Source of the DNA: a virus
Taxonomy: Duplodnaviria; Caudoviricetes
Strand: one strand, 5' to 3'
Virus record (IMG/VR): IMGVR_UViG_642973512_000001
Location: 68,563 to 132,562 of that record
Length of the DNA: 64,000 bases
A program made the translations under genes and the position numbers. How positions within the stretch are numbered: position 1 is the first letter of the stretch; the number at the start of each line of letters is the position of its first letter. Shown one piece after another: positions 38,066-47,814 of this stretch. The notes under the pieces were generated by a model. The model saw only the letters and a list, made by a program, of their open reading frames with translations. It was not told the DNA's origin and did not search any database.

Positions 38066-39055
38066 ATGGCATTCAACATGGATAAATTAAAGGAAAAATT
38101 AGAGGGTTTAAGCAACAATAGTGGGGGCAGTCAAGGTCCAACTAATCAGTTTGTAAAGATCGAAGATGGCAAAAACCGTATTCGTTTGTTACCAGCTGGT
38201 CCAGGACGTGAGCCGGAAGAGTTCTACGAGGAAGTGTGGGTACACTACGGAGTAGGTAAAAACCCTGAGAACAAAAATGGTACTATGGTAGTTTGTCCTA
38301 AATCTAGGGATGAGAATGCTAAATGTCCAGTGTGTGAGCTGTCCAAGCAGTACAATGATCTTTCTAAGAAGAAAGATGACAAATACCATAAGATGGCTAA
38401 AGACATCTATAAAAAGAAGAGAGTATACTTTAATGCTATCCCTCGTAACATTGACCTAGAAGACTTTGAGCTGAATGAGGATGGTAAATGGATCAATACC
38501 AAGGAGGAAGACAGAGAAGAATCCCCAATTAAAGTTCTGGGTGTTGGTATTGGGGTATTCAAAGAAATCTTGAAATTGGTAGTAGACCCTGAGTACGGTG
38601 AAGACCTAGTGAAAATTGAAGGTGGTCTTGATATCACCATTACTAAAGAAGGTTCTGGGCGATTCAATACTAAGTATTCTGTAGCCCCTGCTCGTAAAGA
38701 GTCAGATGCCTTTCCAGAAGATGAAGCTCCAGAGGGTCTAGCTGAGAACTTTGAAGAGTACTTAAATGATCTAGCTGAGTTCTCTAATGCAAAGTCATAT
38801 GATGAGATTGCTGATATCCTAGATGGTGGCGATACAGACTCAGATGATGACGATAAGGACGAAGAAGAGGAAGAAAAGCCTAAAAAGGGTAAGAAGGATA
38901 AAAAATCTAAGAAAAGCAAGTTAAAAGATTTAGAGGATGATGAAGATGAAGACGATTCTGAAGACTCTGAGGACGATGAGGATGAGGATGGGGACGAAGA
39001 CGATCTAGACGCCGATATCCAGAAAGCCCTCGCAAGAAAAAAGCGTAAGAAGTAA
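38066..39055 (+). CDS. Single-stranded DNA-binding protein (T4 gp32-like)
   Basis: 'IRLLP', H..C..CPVC zinc site, 'DITITK.G....TKYSV', very acidic tail. Confidence 0.82.
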   Translation: MAFNMDKLKEKLEGLSNNSGGSQGPTNQFVKIEDGKNRIRLLPAGPGREPEEFYEEVWVHYGVGKNPENKNGTMVVCPKSRDENAKCPVCELSKQYNDLSKKKDDKYHKMAKDIYKKKRVYFNAIPRNIDLEDFELNEDGKWINTKEEDREESPIKVLGVGIGVFKEILKLVVDPEYGEDLVKIEGGLDITITKEGSGRFNTKYSVAPARKESDAFPEDEAPEGLAENFEEYLNDLAEFSNAKSYDEIADILDGGDTDSDDDDKDEEEEEKPKKGKKDKKSKKSKLKDLEDDEDEDDSEDSEDDEDEDGDEDDLDADIQKALARKKRKK

Positions 39056-39417
39056 TGTCTCAAGGGGTGGCTCCGCTACCCCTTTTATTATACAATAAAT
39101 GGGAGGTACATGGAGTGGATCTAAGAAAGTATATCTCTCCTGGAGATAAATATGTGCATTACAATAATAACATGCAATATGTAGTCTTAGGTATCTCTAA
39201 AAATGCTACTAATGGATTTGAGGATGATGAGGACGATGTAGCATATATGGATGTCTTAACAGGTCAATTATATCACCGCAAAATCTCTGAATTTCTATCA
39301 GACGCAGAAAAAGAAATGCAGAAAGTTAAGAGATTTATTCCAAGCGGGTATGCTAATGTCCATTTCTTAGGAAAGAAGGGGGAAGTTGTAGTTGAGCAGT
39401 TATTCCTACGAGGTTGA
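39055..39417 (+). CDS. DUF1653-like protein
   Basis: 'Y.HY....Y.V......A.......VAY......LY.R...EFLS' pattern. Confidence 0.6.
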   Translation: MSQGVAPLPLLLYNKWEVHGVDLRKYISPGDKYVHYNNNMQYVVLGISKNATNGFEDDEDDVAYMDVLTGQLYHRKISEFLSDAEKEMQKVKRFIPSGYANVHFLGKKGEVVVEQLFLRG

Positions 39418-39976
39418 ACCAGTTGATGAATTTGCTAAGGAGCTTGTAGAGATCAAAAATGATAAAATCCGTTTATTAACAGCCATGGCATTAGAAAAAG
39501 CTCCTGAGTACTTTTTCTTTGTCCCTGCATCTAGTTCTGGAAAGTATCATTCTAAGAAGAATTTAGGTATGGGAGGTCTTGTAAGACATACCAAAGAGGT
39601 ATTTTGGTTAGGTCAAGAGCTTCTAAATCACCCTACATTTGGGGGCAAACTAACAGATGTAGAAAAAGACATCTGTAGATCAGCTATGATTCTTCATGAT
39701 TCCTGTAAGCAAGGGTTTGATAGTGAAGGCGGCACAGTAACAGAGCACCCTCTTTTAGTTAGTATGTTGTTAACTTTTGATGACTTAGATAATGCTACTA
39801 ACCTAAATTTGTGGAGACGTATCTGTAGTGTTATTTCTACTCACATGGGACCATGGACGAAGAATAAAGAAGGTAAAGAGGTCCTACCACCTCCAAAAGA
39901 TAATCTACAAGCTTTAGTACATCTGGCAGATTACTTAGCATCTAGAAAAAGAGTCTCAGTAGACTACCCAATTTAA
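39392..39976 (+). CDS. HD-domain phosphohydrolase
   Basis: 'ASSSGKYH..GGLVRHT', 'LHDSCK', 'HMGPW' and 'HLADY' motifs. Confidence 0.85.
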   Translation: MSSYSYEVEPVDEFAKELVEIKNDKIRLLTAMALEKAPEYFFFVPASSSGKYHSKKNLGMGGLVRHTKEVFWLGQELLNHPTFGGKLTDVEKDICRSAMILHDSCKQGFDSEGGTVTEHPLLVSMLLTFDDLDNATNLNLWRRICSVISTHMGPWTKNKEGKEVLPPPKDNLQALVHLADYLASRKRVSVDYPI

Positions 39977-40034
39977 TAGTTTTATATACGGAGAGGAGCC
40001 GATTTTGGCTCCTTTTGTTTTTTCTTTGTAGGAG

Positions 40035-40277
40035 GTGAGGGAATTGGCGTACATGTGTAGAGTGTCAGAGGACATGTGGATTAAATCTAGAGGAAAAACA
40101 GAAGAGGAAGCTAGAAAGGGATTTGCAAGAACTTATAGAGGAGACGCTCAAATTTTAGAGATTTTGCCTTATGAAGAATATAAGAAAAAGCACAAGATTA
40201 GTGACATAGCTTCCCCCTTTGGCAAGTGCACGAGTATCATAAAGGGTAAAAGAACTAGAAGGAAGGGAATGAGCTAA
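40035..40277 (+). CDS. Hypothetical basic protein
   Basis: AGGAGGTG RBS; exact start uncertain. Confidence 0.6.
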   Translation: MRELAYMCRVSEDMWIKSRGKTEEEARKGFARTYRGDAQILEILPYEEYKKKHKISDIASPFGKCTSIIKGKRTRRKGMS

Positions 40278-40278
40278 T

Positions 40279-40509
40279 ATGGAATTAGAGGTACAATTAC
40301 TGGATAGAGAAAGTGATTTTATCACAACAATATGTGATGCCGACAAAATGTTAGTGGCAAGTGAGGAATACAGGAACTTTTATAGGTCGGGGGCGACGGT
40401 AGAGAAGGTATTACAACACTATGATTGGATGCAAGAGTATGGGGATCTTGTTGATAGCGTAAATACTAAATTAACTCTATTTATGGCAAAAAACAGAGCG
40501 GAGGTATAA
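40279..40509 (+). CDS. Hypothetical protein
   Basis: Tightly packed in the operon. Confidence 0.65.
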   Translation: MELEVQLLDRESDFITTICDADKMLVASEEYRNFYRSGATVEKVLQHYDWMQEYGDLVDSVNTKLTLFMAKNRAEV

Positions 40510-40513
40510 TAAT

Positions 40514-41458
40514 ATGCACATGTTAATTGACGGTAACAACCTAGCACACCGAGTATTTCATACACCTCAAAGTTCCCTTACTAAGAAGGATGGTACCCCT
40601 AGTGGTGTTATTCTGGGGGTAATTAACTCTATCAAAGGTCTGCTAGAAAAGTTTCCAGATACAGAAGCTGTAACTGTAATGTGGGATGGTGGACGTTCAG
40701 AATGGCGTAAAGAACTTTACCCAGAATACAAGGCTCAGCGTGACTATGGTGAAGACGATGAGGAAAAGGCTGAAGCATATCAAGGGTTATGGGATCAGAT
40801 TGAGGAGTTACACAAAAACCTAGATAAACTGGCAATTGATAGTGTTAAACTAACAGGATATGAAGCAGATGACTTGATTGCTCTCATGACTAAGCAATTG
40901 GAGTCATTAGGTAAGAATGTTTTAATTGTTACAAGTGATAAAGATATGTTGCAATTGGTTTCAGAAAAAACTTCAGTGTATAGTCCTTATAGAGATATTG
41001 TAATTGGGTTGTCCAATTTTGTTGAGAATACTGGGGTTGAGCTTAATGCTTATATGGGTTATCGGGCGTTAGTGGGGGATACATCAGATAACATTATTGG
41101 TGTGCCGGGTATTGGAGAGAAAACAGCCCAGAATCTTATGAAAAAATATGGACATATTGATAACATCCTACAGTCTACAGGTTCAGTTAGAAAAGAGCTA
41201 ATGAAATCTAAGAGAAATGCTAGAATCTTTGAACCAGAGAATCTTAAGAGACTTGGTATCAACAATAAGATCATGAATTTCAACTATGTTCCAAAGGATG
41301 AAAAAGTAATGGAGTATATCCAATTGTTAAGTGAGTCCACTCCAGAACCTTTGAATACCTCCAAATTCAAGCGCTGGGTAATGGAATGGCAGTTCTTAAG
41401 TATTATTAGCAACTTCATGCCTTGGGTGACACCTTTTATGGCATTGGGGGAGGAGTAA
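40514..41458 (+). CDS. 5'-3' exonuclease / flap endonuclease (Pol I N-terminal-like)
   Basis: 'LIDGNNL', 'YKAQR', 'EADD', 'SDKD' and 'GDTSDNIIGVPGIGEKTA' motifs. Confidence 0.93.
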   Translation: MHMLIDGNNLAHRVFHTPQSSLTKKDGTPSGVILGVINSIKGLLEKFPDTEAVTVMWDGGRSEWRKELYPEYKAQRDYGEDDEEKAEAYQGLWDQIEELHKNLDKLAIDSVKLTGYEADDLIALMTKQLESLGKNVLIVTSDKDMLQLVSEKTSVYSPYRDIVIGLSNFVENTGVELNAYMGYRALVGDTSDNIIGVPGIGEKTAQNLMKKYGHIDNILQSTGSVRKELMKSKRNARIFEPENLKRLGINNKIMNFNYVPKDEKVMEYIQLLSESTPEPLNTSKFKRWVMEWQFLSIISNFMPWVTPFMALGEE

Positions 41459-41463
41459 TTTAA

Positions 41464-41730
41464 ATGAAGGGGTTTAGGGAAGAAGTCTTAGTCGTAGGTA
41501 CTAAATTTGCCATACTGTTTGGCGTAGTATGTATTCTATTCTTAACATTACCTATGCTTCTAATGAACCATTTTTATGGTTTGGATTGTTACCAGTACAC
41601 ATACCCGGAGAATATAAATTATTGTTTACAGCAAGATAACCTACTGGTGCTCATTGCTTGGCTAATACCAATCGTGGTCGTAGTAGCATCTTACGTAATA
41701 GGGCTGTTAATGTATCTTTTAAAGATGTAA
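41464..41730 (+). CDS. Two-TM membrane protein
   Basis: Two hydrophobic segments; GAGGAG RBS. Confidence 0.7.
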   Translation: MKGFREEVLVVGTKFAILFGVVCILFLTLPMLLMNHFYGLDCYQYTYPENINYCLQQDNLLVLIAWLIPIVVVVASYVIGLLMYLLKM

Positions 41731-41780
41731 ATCCATAAACTAATAAATTATCCCCTGTGATGATTTTCTTACATATAACT

Positions 41781-41811
41781 GTGAGAAGATTTACCGCAGG
41801 GGAGTTTCTTT
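41781..41811 (+). promoter_or_regulatory. Middle promoter of the ligase / gene 33-34 operon
   Basis: GTGAGA-18-TTTCTTT. Confidence 0.6.
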
Positions 41812-41848
41812 TTTATAGAAACTTCCTCAAATGGAAAGGGGTTAAGTA

Positions 41849-43120
41849 ATGGGTAATGTAAAGGAGAAAGTATTAAAAGCATTTGATATTCTGGAAAGAA
41901 TTAGCAAAACATCAGGAGCCAACAAAAAGAGGGAAATCCTATCAGAGGGATTAGAAAATGAGCCTTTGAAAGAACTTTTATACCAAACTTATAACAACTT
42001 TATTATTTTTGGTATTAAAAAGGTGCCAAAAGTTAAGCCCGTAGAGAAGAGTGACGTAGAGCTGAATTTTAAGTTATTTGGAGACTTACTAGATGATTTA
42101 GCCGCTAGAAGATTGACTGGTAATAAGGCTAAAGAAGCAGTACAGGTGTTCTTTAGTTGTTGTAATGAAACAGAGCAAAAGTGGTACACAAAAATCATAC
42201 AGCGTGACCTTAAAATTGGAATTACTGAAAAGACTATAAACAAAGTGTTTAACAACTACATTCCTATATTTGAGTGTCAGCTTGCAGAGCCATTCAAGGA
42301 AAAGAAAGTACCGGATGAGTACATCATTGACCCAAAATTAGATGGTTATAGAGGATTAGCATTTGCATATGCGGACCGCACAGAATTCCGAACTAGGAAT
42401 GGTAAAGAGCTTGAAGGGTATGACCTTATCCTTGAGGAGATTGAACACCATCTTCCTATAGGTTATGTGTATGACGGTGAAATTATGGCACCTAGTGGTA
42501 AATTCAATGATGTTCAGAAAATGGCTTTCAAGAAAGCCAAGAGTAAGGAAGGAATTTTCCACATTTTTGATATGGTACCTATTGAAGAGTGGGAGAACAA
42601 CAGCTTTTCTGAGGAGCTTTCTAAAAGAAAAGCTAAGCTTGCTGAAGTAATGAAGGACTGTGACAGTGAGCTTATCCAGTTAGTACCCATGCATGGTCCA
42701 TTCAAAAAAGGTCCTGAGAGTTGGGAAAAGGTACTAAAATTATATGATGAAGCATTGGATGAAGGTCTGGAAGGGCTTATGATGAAGGATACAAAAGCCA
42801 AATATAAGATGGGTAAGTCCTTCAATATCATGAAGATCAAGCCTTATGAGACTATTGATTTGAGAGTAGTTGGGGTACAGGAAGGTAAAGAAGGAACCCA
42901 ACATGAGGGTTCACTAGGTGCACTAATAGTTGAGTATAAAGGAAACACAGTAAATGTAGGCTCTGGTTTCTCACACCAGTTACGAGCCGAATTATGGGCG
43001 AACAAAGAAGCTCAGACAGACCGAATCATAGAAATTGAGTACAAGGAAGAAACAACAGACAAGAATGGTAAACATTCTCTAAGAGAACCTAGATTTAAGA
43101 GATTCAGGAATGATAAATAA
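41849..43120 (+). CDS. ATP-dependent DNA ligase
   Basis: KLDGYR, YDGEI, EGLMMK and K.K motifs; OB domain 'VGSGFS', 'SLREPRF'. Confidence 0.93.
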   Translation: MGNVKEKVLKAFDILERISKTSGANKKREILSEGLENEPLKELLYQTYNNFIIFGIKKVPKVKPVEKSDVELNFKLFGDLLDDLAARRLTGNKAKEAVQVFFSCCNETEQKWYTKIIQRDLKIGITEKTINKVFNNYIPIFECQLAEPFKEKKVPDEYIIDPKLDGYRGLAFAYADRTEFRTRNGKELEGYDLILEEIEHHLPIGYVYDGEIMAPSGKFNDVQKMAFKKAKSKEGIFHIFDMVPIEEWENNSFSEELSKRKAKLAEVMKDCDSELIQLVPMHGPFKKGPESWEKVLKLYDEALDEGLEGLMMKDTKAKYKMGKSFNIMKIKPYETIDLRVVGVQEGKEGTQHEGSLGALIVEYKGNTVNVGSGFSHQLRAELWANKEAQTDRIIEIEYKEETTDKNGKHSLREPRFKRFRNDK

Positions 43121-43177
43121 AACTAACAACATGTAGGGTGTCGGTTTGTAGCCCTACCGTTGAGGAGGGTCTACAAA

Positions 43178-43483
43178 ATGCAAAAATTCTTAGATGAGTT
43201 AGAAAAAGTCAGAAACCACACTGAAGATTACGATGTATATAATTCCGAAGCTGAGAGAACCTTTAGAGGGCTTAAGGCTAAGTTTCAGAAATTGATAGGA
43301 AAACGTGCTCTTTATATATGTAAGAGCACCAAGGAGTCTCGTGTAGTAACTATAGAAGCAGCATATGATAGATATATTGTGTTATCTTATAAATACTATG
43401 GGATGGATTACGAGGGGAGCACAAAAATGTCAGTCACATATCAAGCCCTATTATCTGGTGAAGATAGGCTGGATGTAGAATGA
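43178..43483 (+). CDS. 33: gp33, late-transcription accessory factor
   Basis: 101 aa (MQKFLDELEK...) overlapping gene 34; GAGGAGG RBS. Confidence 0.8.
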   Translation: MQKFLDELEKVRNHTEDYDVYNSEAERTFRGLKAKFQKLIGKRALYICKSTKESRVVTIEAAYDRYIVLSYKYYGMDYEGSTKMSVTYQALLSGEDRLDVE

Positions 43484-44073
43484 GTGGGAGAAAGAAACTT
43501 ACCCCTCCCACTCATTTTGACCCAGAGTATCTTTTTAAAAAATATGAACTTCTTAGAAAATCAGTATACAAGAAGTTTAAAGACAAGATGATTAACCAAT
43601 CAGATAGGGAAGACCTGATGGGAACGATAGATCAGATATTCTTACAACTTGTATCCGAATACAACCCTAATAGGGGTGTTGATTTCCCTTATTACATTAA
43701 GCGTATGCTTGAGTTAAGAACTTATCACCATATTACAAAATATCTCAAAAGAATAAATGGGGAGACCTCTCTGTACGTAAAGAACGAAGATGGGGAGGTA
43801 CTTGAATTACAAGATACTATAGCTGACATGCATGCTGAAGAGATATTTTCTAGGATTGTTGACCTGCACAGTATTAACCCATATATGGAGTTAGGTGAAA
43901 AGCACAGGAACCTAATGATAGGTCTTTTTATACGGAAAAAGACTTTACAAGAACTTGCACAGGAAGAAGGGGTTCCTCTTGACAGACTTCATGCTAGGTT
44001 ATATTTCCTTATTAGGAAGTTTGAAAAAGAGCACCAGATAGATACTGAAATATTTGGAGAGGACCTATATTAA
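43480..44073 (+). CDS. 34: Phage sigma factor gp34 (late transcription)
   Basis: Region 2 'EDL...YNPNRGVDFPYY' and region 4 HTH 'TLQELAQEEG'; 197 aa. Confidence 0.88.
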   Translation: MSGRKKLTPPTHFDPEYLFKKYELLRKSVYKKFKDKMINQSDREDLMGTIDQIFLQLVSEYNPNRGVDFPYYIKRMLELRTYHHITKYLKRINGETSLYVKNEDGEVLELQDTIADMHAEEIFSRIVDLHSINPYMELGEKHRNLMIGLFIRKKTLQELAQEEGVPLDRLHARLYFLIRKFEKEHQIDTEIFGEDLY

Positions 44074-44084
44074 GGAGGATAATC

Positions 44085-44462
44085 ATGAGTAATGCACACT
44101 TAGCGGCGGTTATTCGAGACAGAAAACAAGCTATAGAAAGGGTATCAGAAGTAAAGAAAGTAGATACTCTAAATGGTATGATGGATCATGTCGAAAGAGT
44201 AATTCATGCGTGTGGTGGAGATCAAAGGTGTTCTTTTTTAGATGTTAGTAGAGACTTTATAAAAATACACTCTAGGATAACTTCAAAGATGAATGTCTTT
44301 CCAGACACCTCAGTTCCAGATTCAGAGAACCCCAGAATTCATAAGACAGTAGCTAAGATTCTGATGGACCTTGAACAGATTCAGAGTGTAAGGTGGCTTC
44401 CAAGGGAAGACGGAGCATTTCTTATTGTTAGCTTTGACCTTGACAAAAAAGGGGGAAAGTAG
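44085..44462 (+). CDS. Hypothetical protein
   Basis: AAGGAGG RBS. Confidence 0.7.
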   Translation: MSNAHLAAVIRDRKQAIERVSEVKKVDTLNGMMDHVERVIHACGGDQRCSFLDVSRDFIKIHSRITSKMNVFPDTSVPDSENPRIHKTVAKILMDLEQIQSVRWLPREDGAFLIVSFDLDKKGGK

Positions 44463-44464
44463 AA

Positions 44465-44698
44465 ATGTCAACATACTATACTATAGCTTGCCACACATGT
44501 AAAAAGAAAATAGACTGTGCGGGATACACAAGAGAAGCAGTTGCTAAGCGGGCTGGTGAGTGGGCTATGTGGGGTCACATTGCACATGATATATCTATAT
44601 ATCATGACATCACTGGATGGGACGAAGAGTATGATGAAAAGTGGTTCAAAATGGATAAGTATGATGAGGTGGAATTTGATGCCGCATATGATTCCTAG
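44465..44698 (+). CDS. Small Zn-binding hypothetical protein
   Basis: CHTC...H..H pattern. Confidence 0.65.
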   Translation: MSTYYTIACHTCKKKIDCAGYTREAVAKRAGEWAMWGHIAHDISIYHDITGWDEEYDEKWFKMDKYDEVEFDAAYDS

Positions 44699-44706
44699 TT
44701 CCTAGT

Positions 44707-44738
44707 AAGGAGACAACATTTGAGTTGTCTCCTTTTTT
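44707..44738 (+). terminator. Rho-independent terminator
   Basis: AAGGAGACAAC..GTTGTCTCCTTTTTT. Confidence 0.85.
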
Positions 44739-44790
44739 ATTTTTGAAGCATGGCTCCTTTCTAGAGATTTACAAGGTAACCCTACTGTTG

Positions 44791-44819
44791 TTGACTTTTT
44801 CACTGTTTCAGGTAATAAT
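44791..44819 (+). promoter_or_regulatory. Early sigmaA promoter
   Basis: TTGACT-17-AATAAT. Confidence 0.7.
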
Positions 44820-44866
44820 TTCTTCAGGAGGACAATCTCACTAGATGTAAAAGGAGTGCGAGATAC

Positions 44867-45130
44867 TTGAAGGTATTAATTAACTACCGTTCAGACAGAA
44901 GAATTAAAGTAGTTGAGATCAAAAGTGGGAGTAAATTGTTCTTAACTGATCTTGAAGTCTTCATGCAAGAAACAGGTATAAACGATTTCACTGAATCACA
45001 TACTGGAAAAGTAGCAGTTAGTGTAGGAGTTTTTAAATCACTCTGGAAAGGGTGTGTGGTGCATGCAGAACCAAACTCATTCAGATTTAGAAGAAATGCA
45101 AAGAAAACTGAAGAGACAGTGGGCATCTAA
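44867..45130 (+). CDS. Hypothetical protein
   Basis: AAGGAGTG RBS then TTG, downstream of the early promoter. Confidence 0.6.
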   Translation: MKVLINYRSDRRIKVVEIKSGSKLFLTDLEVFMQETGINDFTESHTGKVAVSVGVFKSLWKGCVVHAEPNSFRFRRNAKKTEETVGI

Positions 45131-45314
45131 GGCTAAGAAGAAAGCAGAAAATGACCCCAACACCGTAAAGCCTACAGACTCACTAATGGTTTTACATGCT
45201 GAGGAGCTGGAGTTTATAGAAGACCTACTATATGAGGTTCTCGAATCTCCTACAACCAAGGAGAAGAAAAAGATGGCTCTGAACATTTTGAACCATATCC
45301 AAGAGGAGGACTAA
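45096..45314 (+). CDS. Hypothetical protein
   Basis: Fills the gap before pghP; start uncertain. Confidence 0.55.
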   Translation: MQRKLKRQWASKAKKKAENDPNTVKPTDSLMVLHAEELEFIEDLLYEVLESPTTKEKKKMALNILNHIQEED

Positions 45315-45316
45315 AC

Positions 45317-45937
45317 ATGGCAGATACTTACAAAAGTTACAATGAAATGGCGGCAGTAGAAGGACCAGGAGCATTTAGAATCAGATATGTGCATTATGGA
45401 TACCTAGGACTAATTGTTCTAGCAATACATGGTGGGGGTATAGAAGGGGGTACTAGTGAGATTGCTGAGGAAGCGGCTCATGGTATTTATTCCTTATATG
45501 CGTTTGAGGGGCGTAAGGCTTCAGGCAACTCTAAGTTACATTTGACTAGTACTGTGTTTGATGCACCTTATGCTAGGGATATCGTTAGACAACATGATAA
45601 GACCCTATCAGTTCATGGGTATGAAGGGGAAGAGGGAGTAAAGCACACTCTAATTGGAGGAACAGATAGATTAGCAGTGCAAAGAATGTATGAATTTCTT
45701 ACTGACTTTGGGTTCTCAGCATCTATTGTGGAAGAGGGAGGACATCTTGGAGGTACTGACCCTGATAATATCACCAATCTAGGGGTTACTGGATGTAGTG
45801 TACAACTAGAGATTAGCCTAGCACAGCGTAAGGCTATGTTTGATAGATTTACTTTAGACGGTAGACCTCAGTCTAAGAATGCTGAGTTTGATCAGTATTT
45901 ACAAGCTATTCATATGTTTAGCGAAACTTTTGAGTGA
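45317..45937 (+). CDS. pghP: Poly-gamma-glutamate hydrolase (PghP/DUF867)
   Basis: 'AIHGGGIEGGTSE', 'LHLTST.FD', 'SVHG' and 'QLEIS..QR' motifs. Confidence 0.88.
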   Translation: MADTYKSYNEMAAVEGPGAFRIRYVHYGYLGLIVLAIHGGGIEGGTSEIAEEAAHGIYSLYAFEGRKASGNSKLHLTSTVFDAPYARDIVRQHDKTLSVHGYEGEEGVKHTLIGGTDRLAVQRMYEFLTDFGFSASIVEEGGHLGGTDPDNITNLGVTGCSVQLEISLAQRKAMFDRFTLDGRPQSKNAEFDQYLQAIHMFSETFE

Positions 45938-45949
45938 GGAGAATTAACT

Positions 45950-46435
45950 GTGTTATTAACACTAGGAGAATGTCGGTTATTCTTGGCCAGTAAATGTCTA
46001 AACTCCTATCCAGATGTTAAGGCTATGGTTACAGGATGGGCTTCTGAAGGAAGGGCACAAGAAGATACAACTTTGGGGTTATCCATAAATAAGAAGGAGC
46101 GGGATGAGATCATAGAATACCTCAGTGAAGAGGACTGTGAGTTCATACGATCAGCTCTTAGAGAGGAGTGGGTTGGGGATGAATTCTCCACCCGCTCTTA
46201 CACTAAAGTTAGATGTGATTTATGTAATAAGAAGTCTGTACGTAACTGTTTTTATCTGCGTAACAGGTTCACGGGTGCGGTTGCTGAATGCGGGTATACG
46301 TGTTACTCTAGGTTTATTGGTAGGGAACTTCCAAAAGAAGAACCTTTGTCAAAGGAAAGGTTATCCAAGGATGAAATTCAGAAATTGGCTAAGGAAAGGC
46401 TATTAAAAGATGTAGTCCAAGGGAGGAGAATGTAA
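45950..46435 (+). CDS. Zn-finger hypothetical protein
   Basis: CDLC...CGYTC. Confidence 0.65.
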   Translation: MLLTLGECRLFLASKCLNSYPDVKAMVTGWASEGRAQEDTTLGLSINKKERDEIIEYLSEEDCEFIRSALREEWVGDEFSTRSYTKVRCDLCNKKSVRNCFYLRNRFTGAVAECGYTCYSRFIGRELPKEEPLSKERLSKDEIQKLAKERLLKDVVQGRRM

Positions 46436-46810
46436 ATGGGATGGTTGCCAGTAGATAAAGAAACATTTATTAAGCATGTGGAGGACAATAAATTAAAAAG
46501 GCAAGTGAAGGCACCTCTAGATCAAAATACTATTTATCTTAATGAAGCAGGTAACTCCATTTTAGCTTTTGAATATGTGGCACCGGATAATGAAACTCAT
46601 TATAGGATATGGGGATGTGAGAAGGACATCCTAGAGAGACTTCGCAACATTGCCGACACTCAGGCACGAGAAGGTGAATACGATTATGATGAATTTATGT
46701 ACGGTATGCATATAGGTTGTGAGTTAATGTTAGCTACAGCTGAAAATAGAGATCCTGTATACAAGCCTAGACCTGATGTGTGGGCAAAAGGTAACGATGA
46801 TGAACTGTAA
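46436..46810 (+). CDS. Hypothetical protein
   Basis: GGAGG RBS. Confidence 0.65.
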   Translation: MGWLPVDKETFIKHVEDNKLKRQVKAPLDQNTIYLNEAGNSILAFEYVAPDNETHYRIWGCEKDILERLRNIADTQAREGEYDYDEFMYGMHIGCELMLATAENRDPVYKPRPDVWAKGNDDEL

Positions 46811-47108
46811 GAAAAAGGTAGAGGTCACCCAGACACAGGCACAGGCTATTGAGGAAGGTAAAAAGCACTACCTAAAAATGGCACACGAAGACTCAGAAAA
46901 AGTTATAAGAATCTGTGGTGAATTTAAGCCATGGGAGTTCATGAGACTGGTATTTGTAGCAGAGCATTTCTTAGCTGATATTGGGGCTAAGCCACCTTGG
47001 GAAGAGTCTTTTGCGCCCTTAAACAGCATAAGTCCGCTTGATCTCAGAAGAGCAATCAAATATGGGTATGTTATTAAGGAGGACGTAGAAAATGGAAAAG
47101 CTGCATGA
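46797..47108 (+). CDS. DUF1642-like hypothetical protein
   Basis: 'KVEVTQTQA.AIE...AIKYGYVI'. Confidence 0.6.
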   Translation: MMNCKKKVEVTQTQAQAIEEGKKHYLKMAHEDSEKVIRICGEFKPWEFMRLVFVAEHFLADIGAKPPWEESFAPLNSISPLDLRRAIKYGYVIKEDVENGKAA

Positions 47109-47481
47109 CGCTCAGTATTTGACTCATGACTTGATTGAACTGACAAAGGCACAGTCTGATGCCCTTAAAAACTACTTTAGACACCATGACGGTGATGTTT
47201 ATACGGCAGTAGGTTACATCTGCCAGAACCATGGAGGTCTGCAAGGTCCTGGGGGTGCATGGGGATCTTTAAACGAAGTACCTCAAAGTGATCTTGTGCA
47301 GATACTTTTGAGAGGTGTATACAATGTGCAACCTACTTACATTCAGTGGCTTGAAGAGAGATTAGAGTATTTTCGAGGGATGGAAAAAGAGGATAAATAT
47401 GAAACCTATGGTGAAGTTGAAATCCTAGAAGAAGCTATAGATAGGTTTCAGGAAGCAAGAGAGCAAGGAACATTATATTAA
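47092..47481 (+). CDS. Hypothetical protein
   Basis: AAGGAGG RBS. Confidence 0.65.
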   Translation: MEKLHDAQYLTHDLIELTKAQSDALKNYFRHHDGDVYTAVGYICQNHGGLQGPGGAWGSLNEVPQSDLVQILLRGVYNVQPTYIQWLEERLEYFRGMEKEDKYETYGEVEILEEAIDRFQEAREQGTLY

Positions 47482-47483
47482 AA

Positions 47484-47512
47484 AGAGAGCCTTCCATATG
47501 GAAGGCTCTTTC
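47484..47512. terminator. Bidirectional terminator between the rightward genes and the SASP gene
   Basis: AGAGCCTTCCAT-ATGGAAGGCTCT palindrome. Confidence 0.75.
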
Positions 47513-47571
47513 TAATCCCAAAAGAGACAAAATATGGAAAAGGTAGAGGTAATAACAATGTGTCTGGACAC

Positions 47572-47814
47572 CTAGTGATACTGATTGACGTTTTGGACAG
47601 GTGACTGTGAAATTGTGGAAGCGGTTCCAGACAATTGTTGTTGCGCTAGAGCGATCATGCGCTTGGTCATCATACCGCCCACTATCCCGTTCTGACGTGC
47701 GGTGGCATCTGCACCAAGGTTCACCCCAAACTCATTAGCAATTTCTAGTTTCATTCGATCCATAGCTTGTTCCGCTTCAGGTACCACTAATTGATTACGA
47801 CTATTGTTACTCAT
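47572..47814 (-). CDS. Alpha/beta-type small acid-soluble spore protein (SspA/B/C-like)
   Basis: '[46 protein letters not shown]...AQQQL' SASP signature, including the EIANE GPR site; GGGAGTG RBS. Confidence 0.93.
   Translation of the reverse strand: MSNNSRNQLVVPEAEQAMDRMKLEIANEFGVNLGADATARQNGIVGGMMTKRMIALAQQQLSGTASTISQSPVQNVNQYH

Noticed and set aside
38407-39063. 218-aa Ser-rich minus-strand ORF, and similar antisense ORFs at 428, 20984, 53926 and 60676
   Set aside because: Shadow frames of well-supported plus-strand genes, with no RBS or recognisable motifs.
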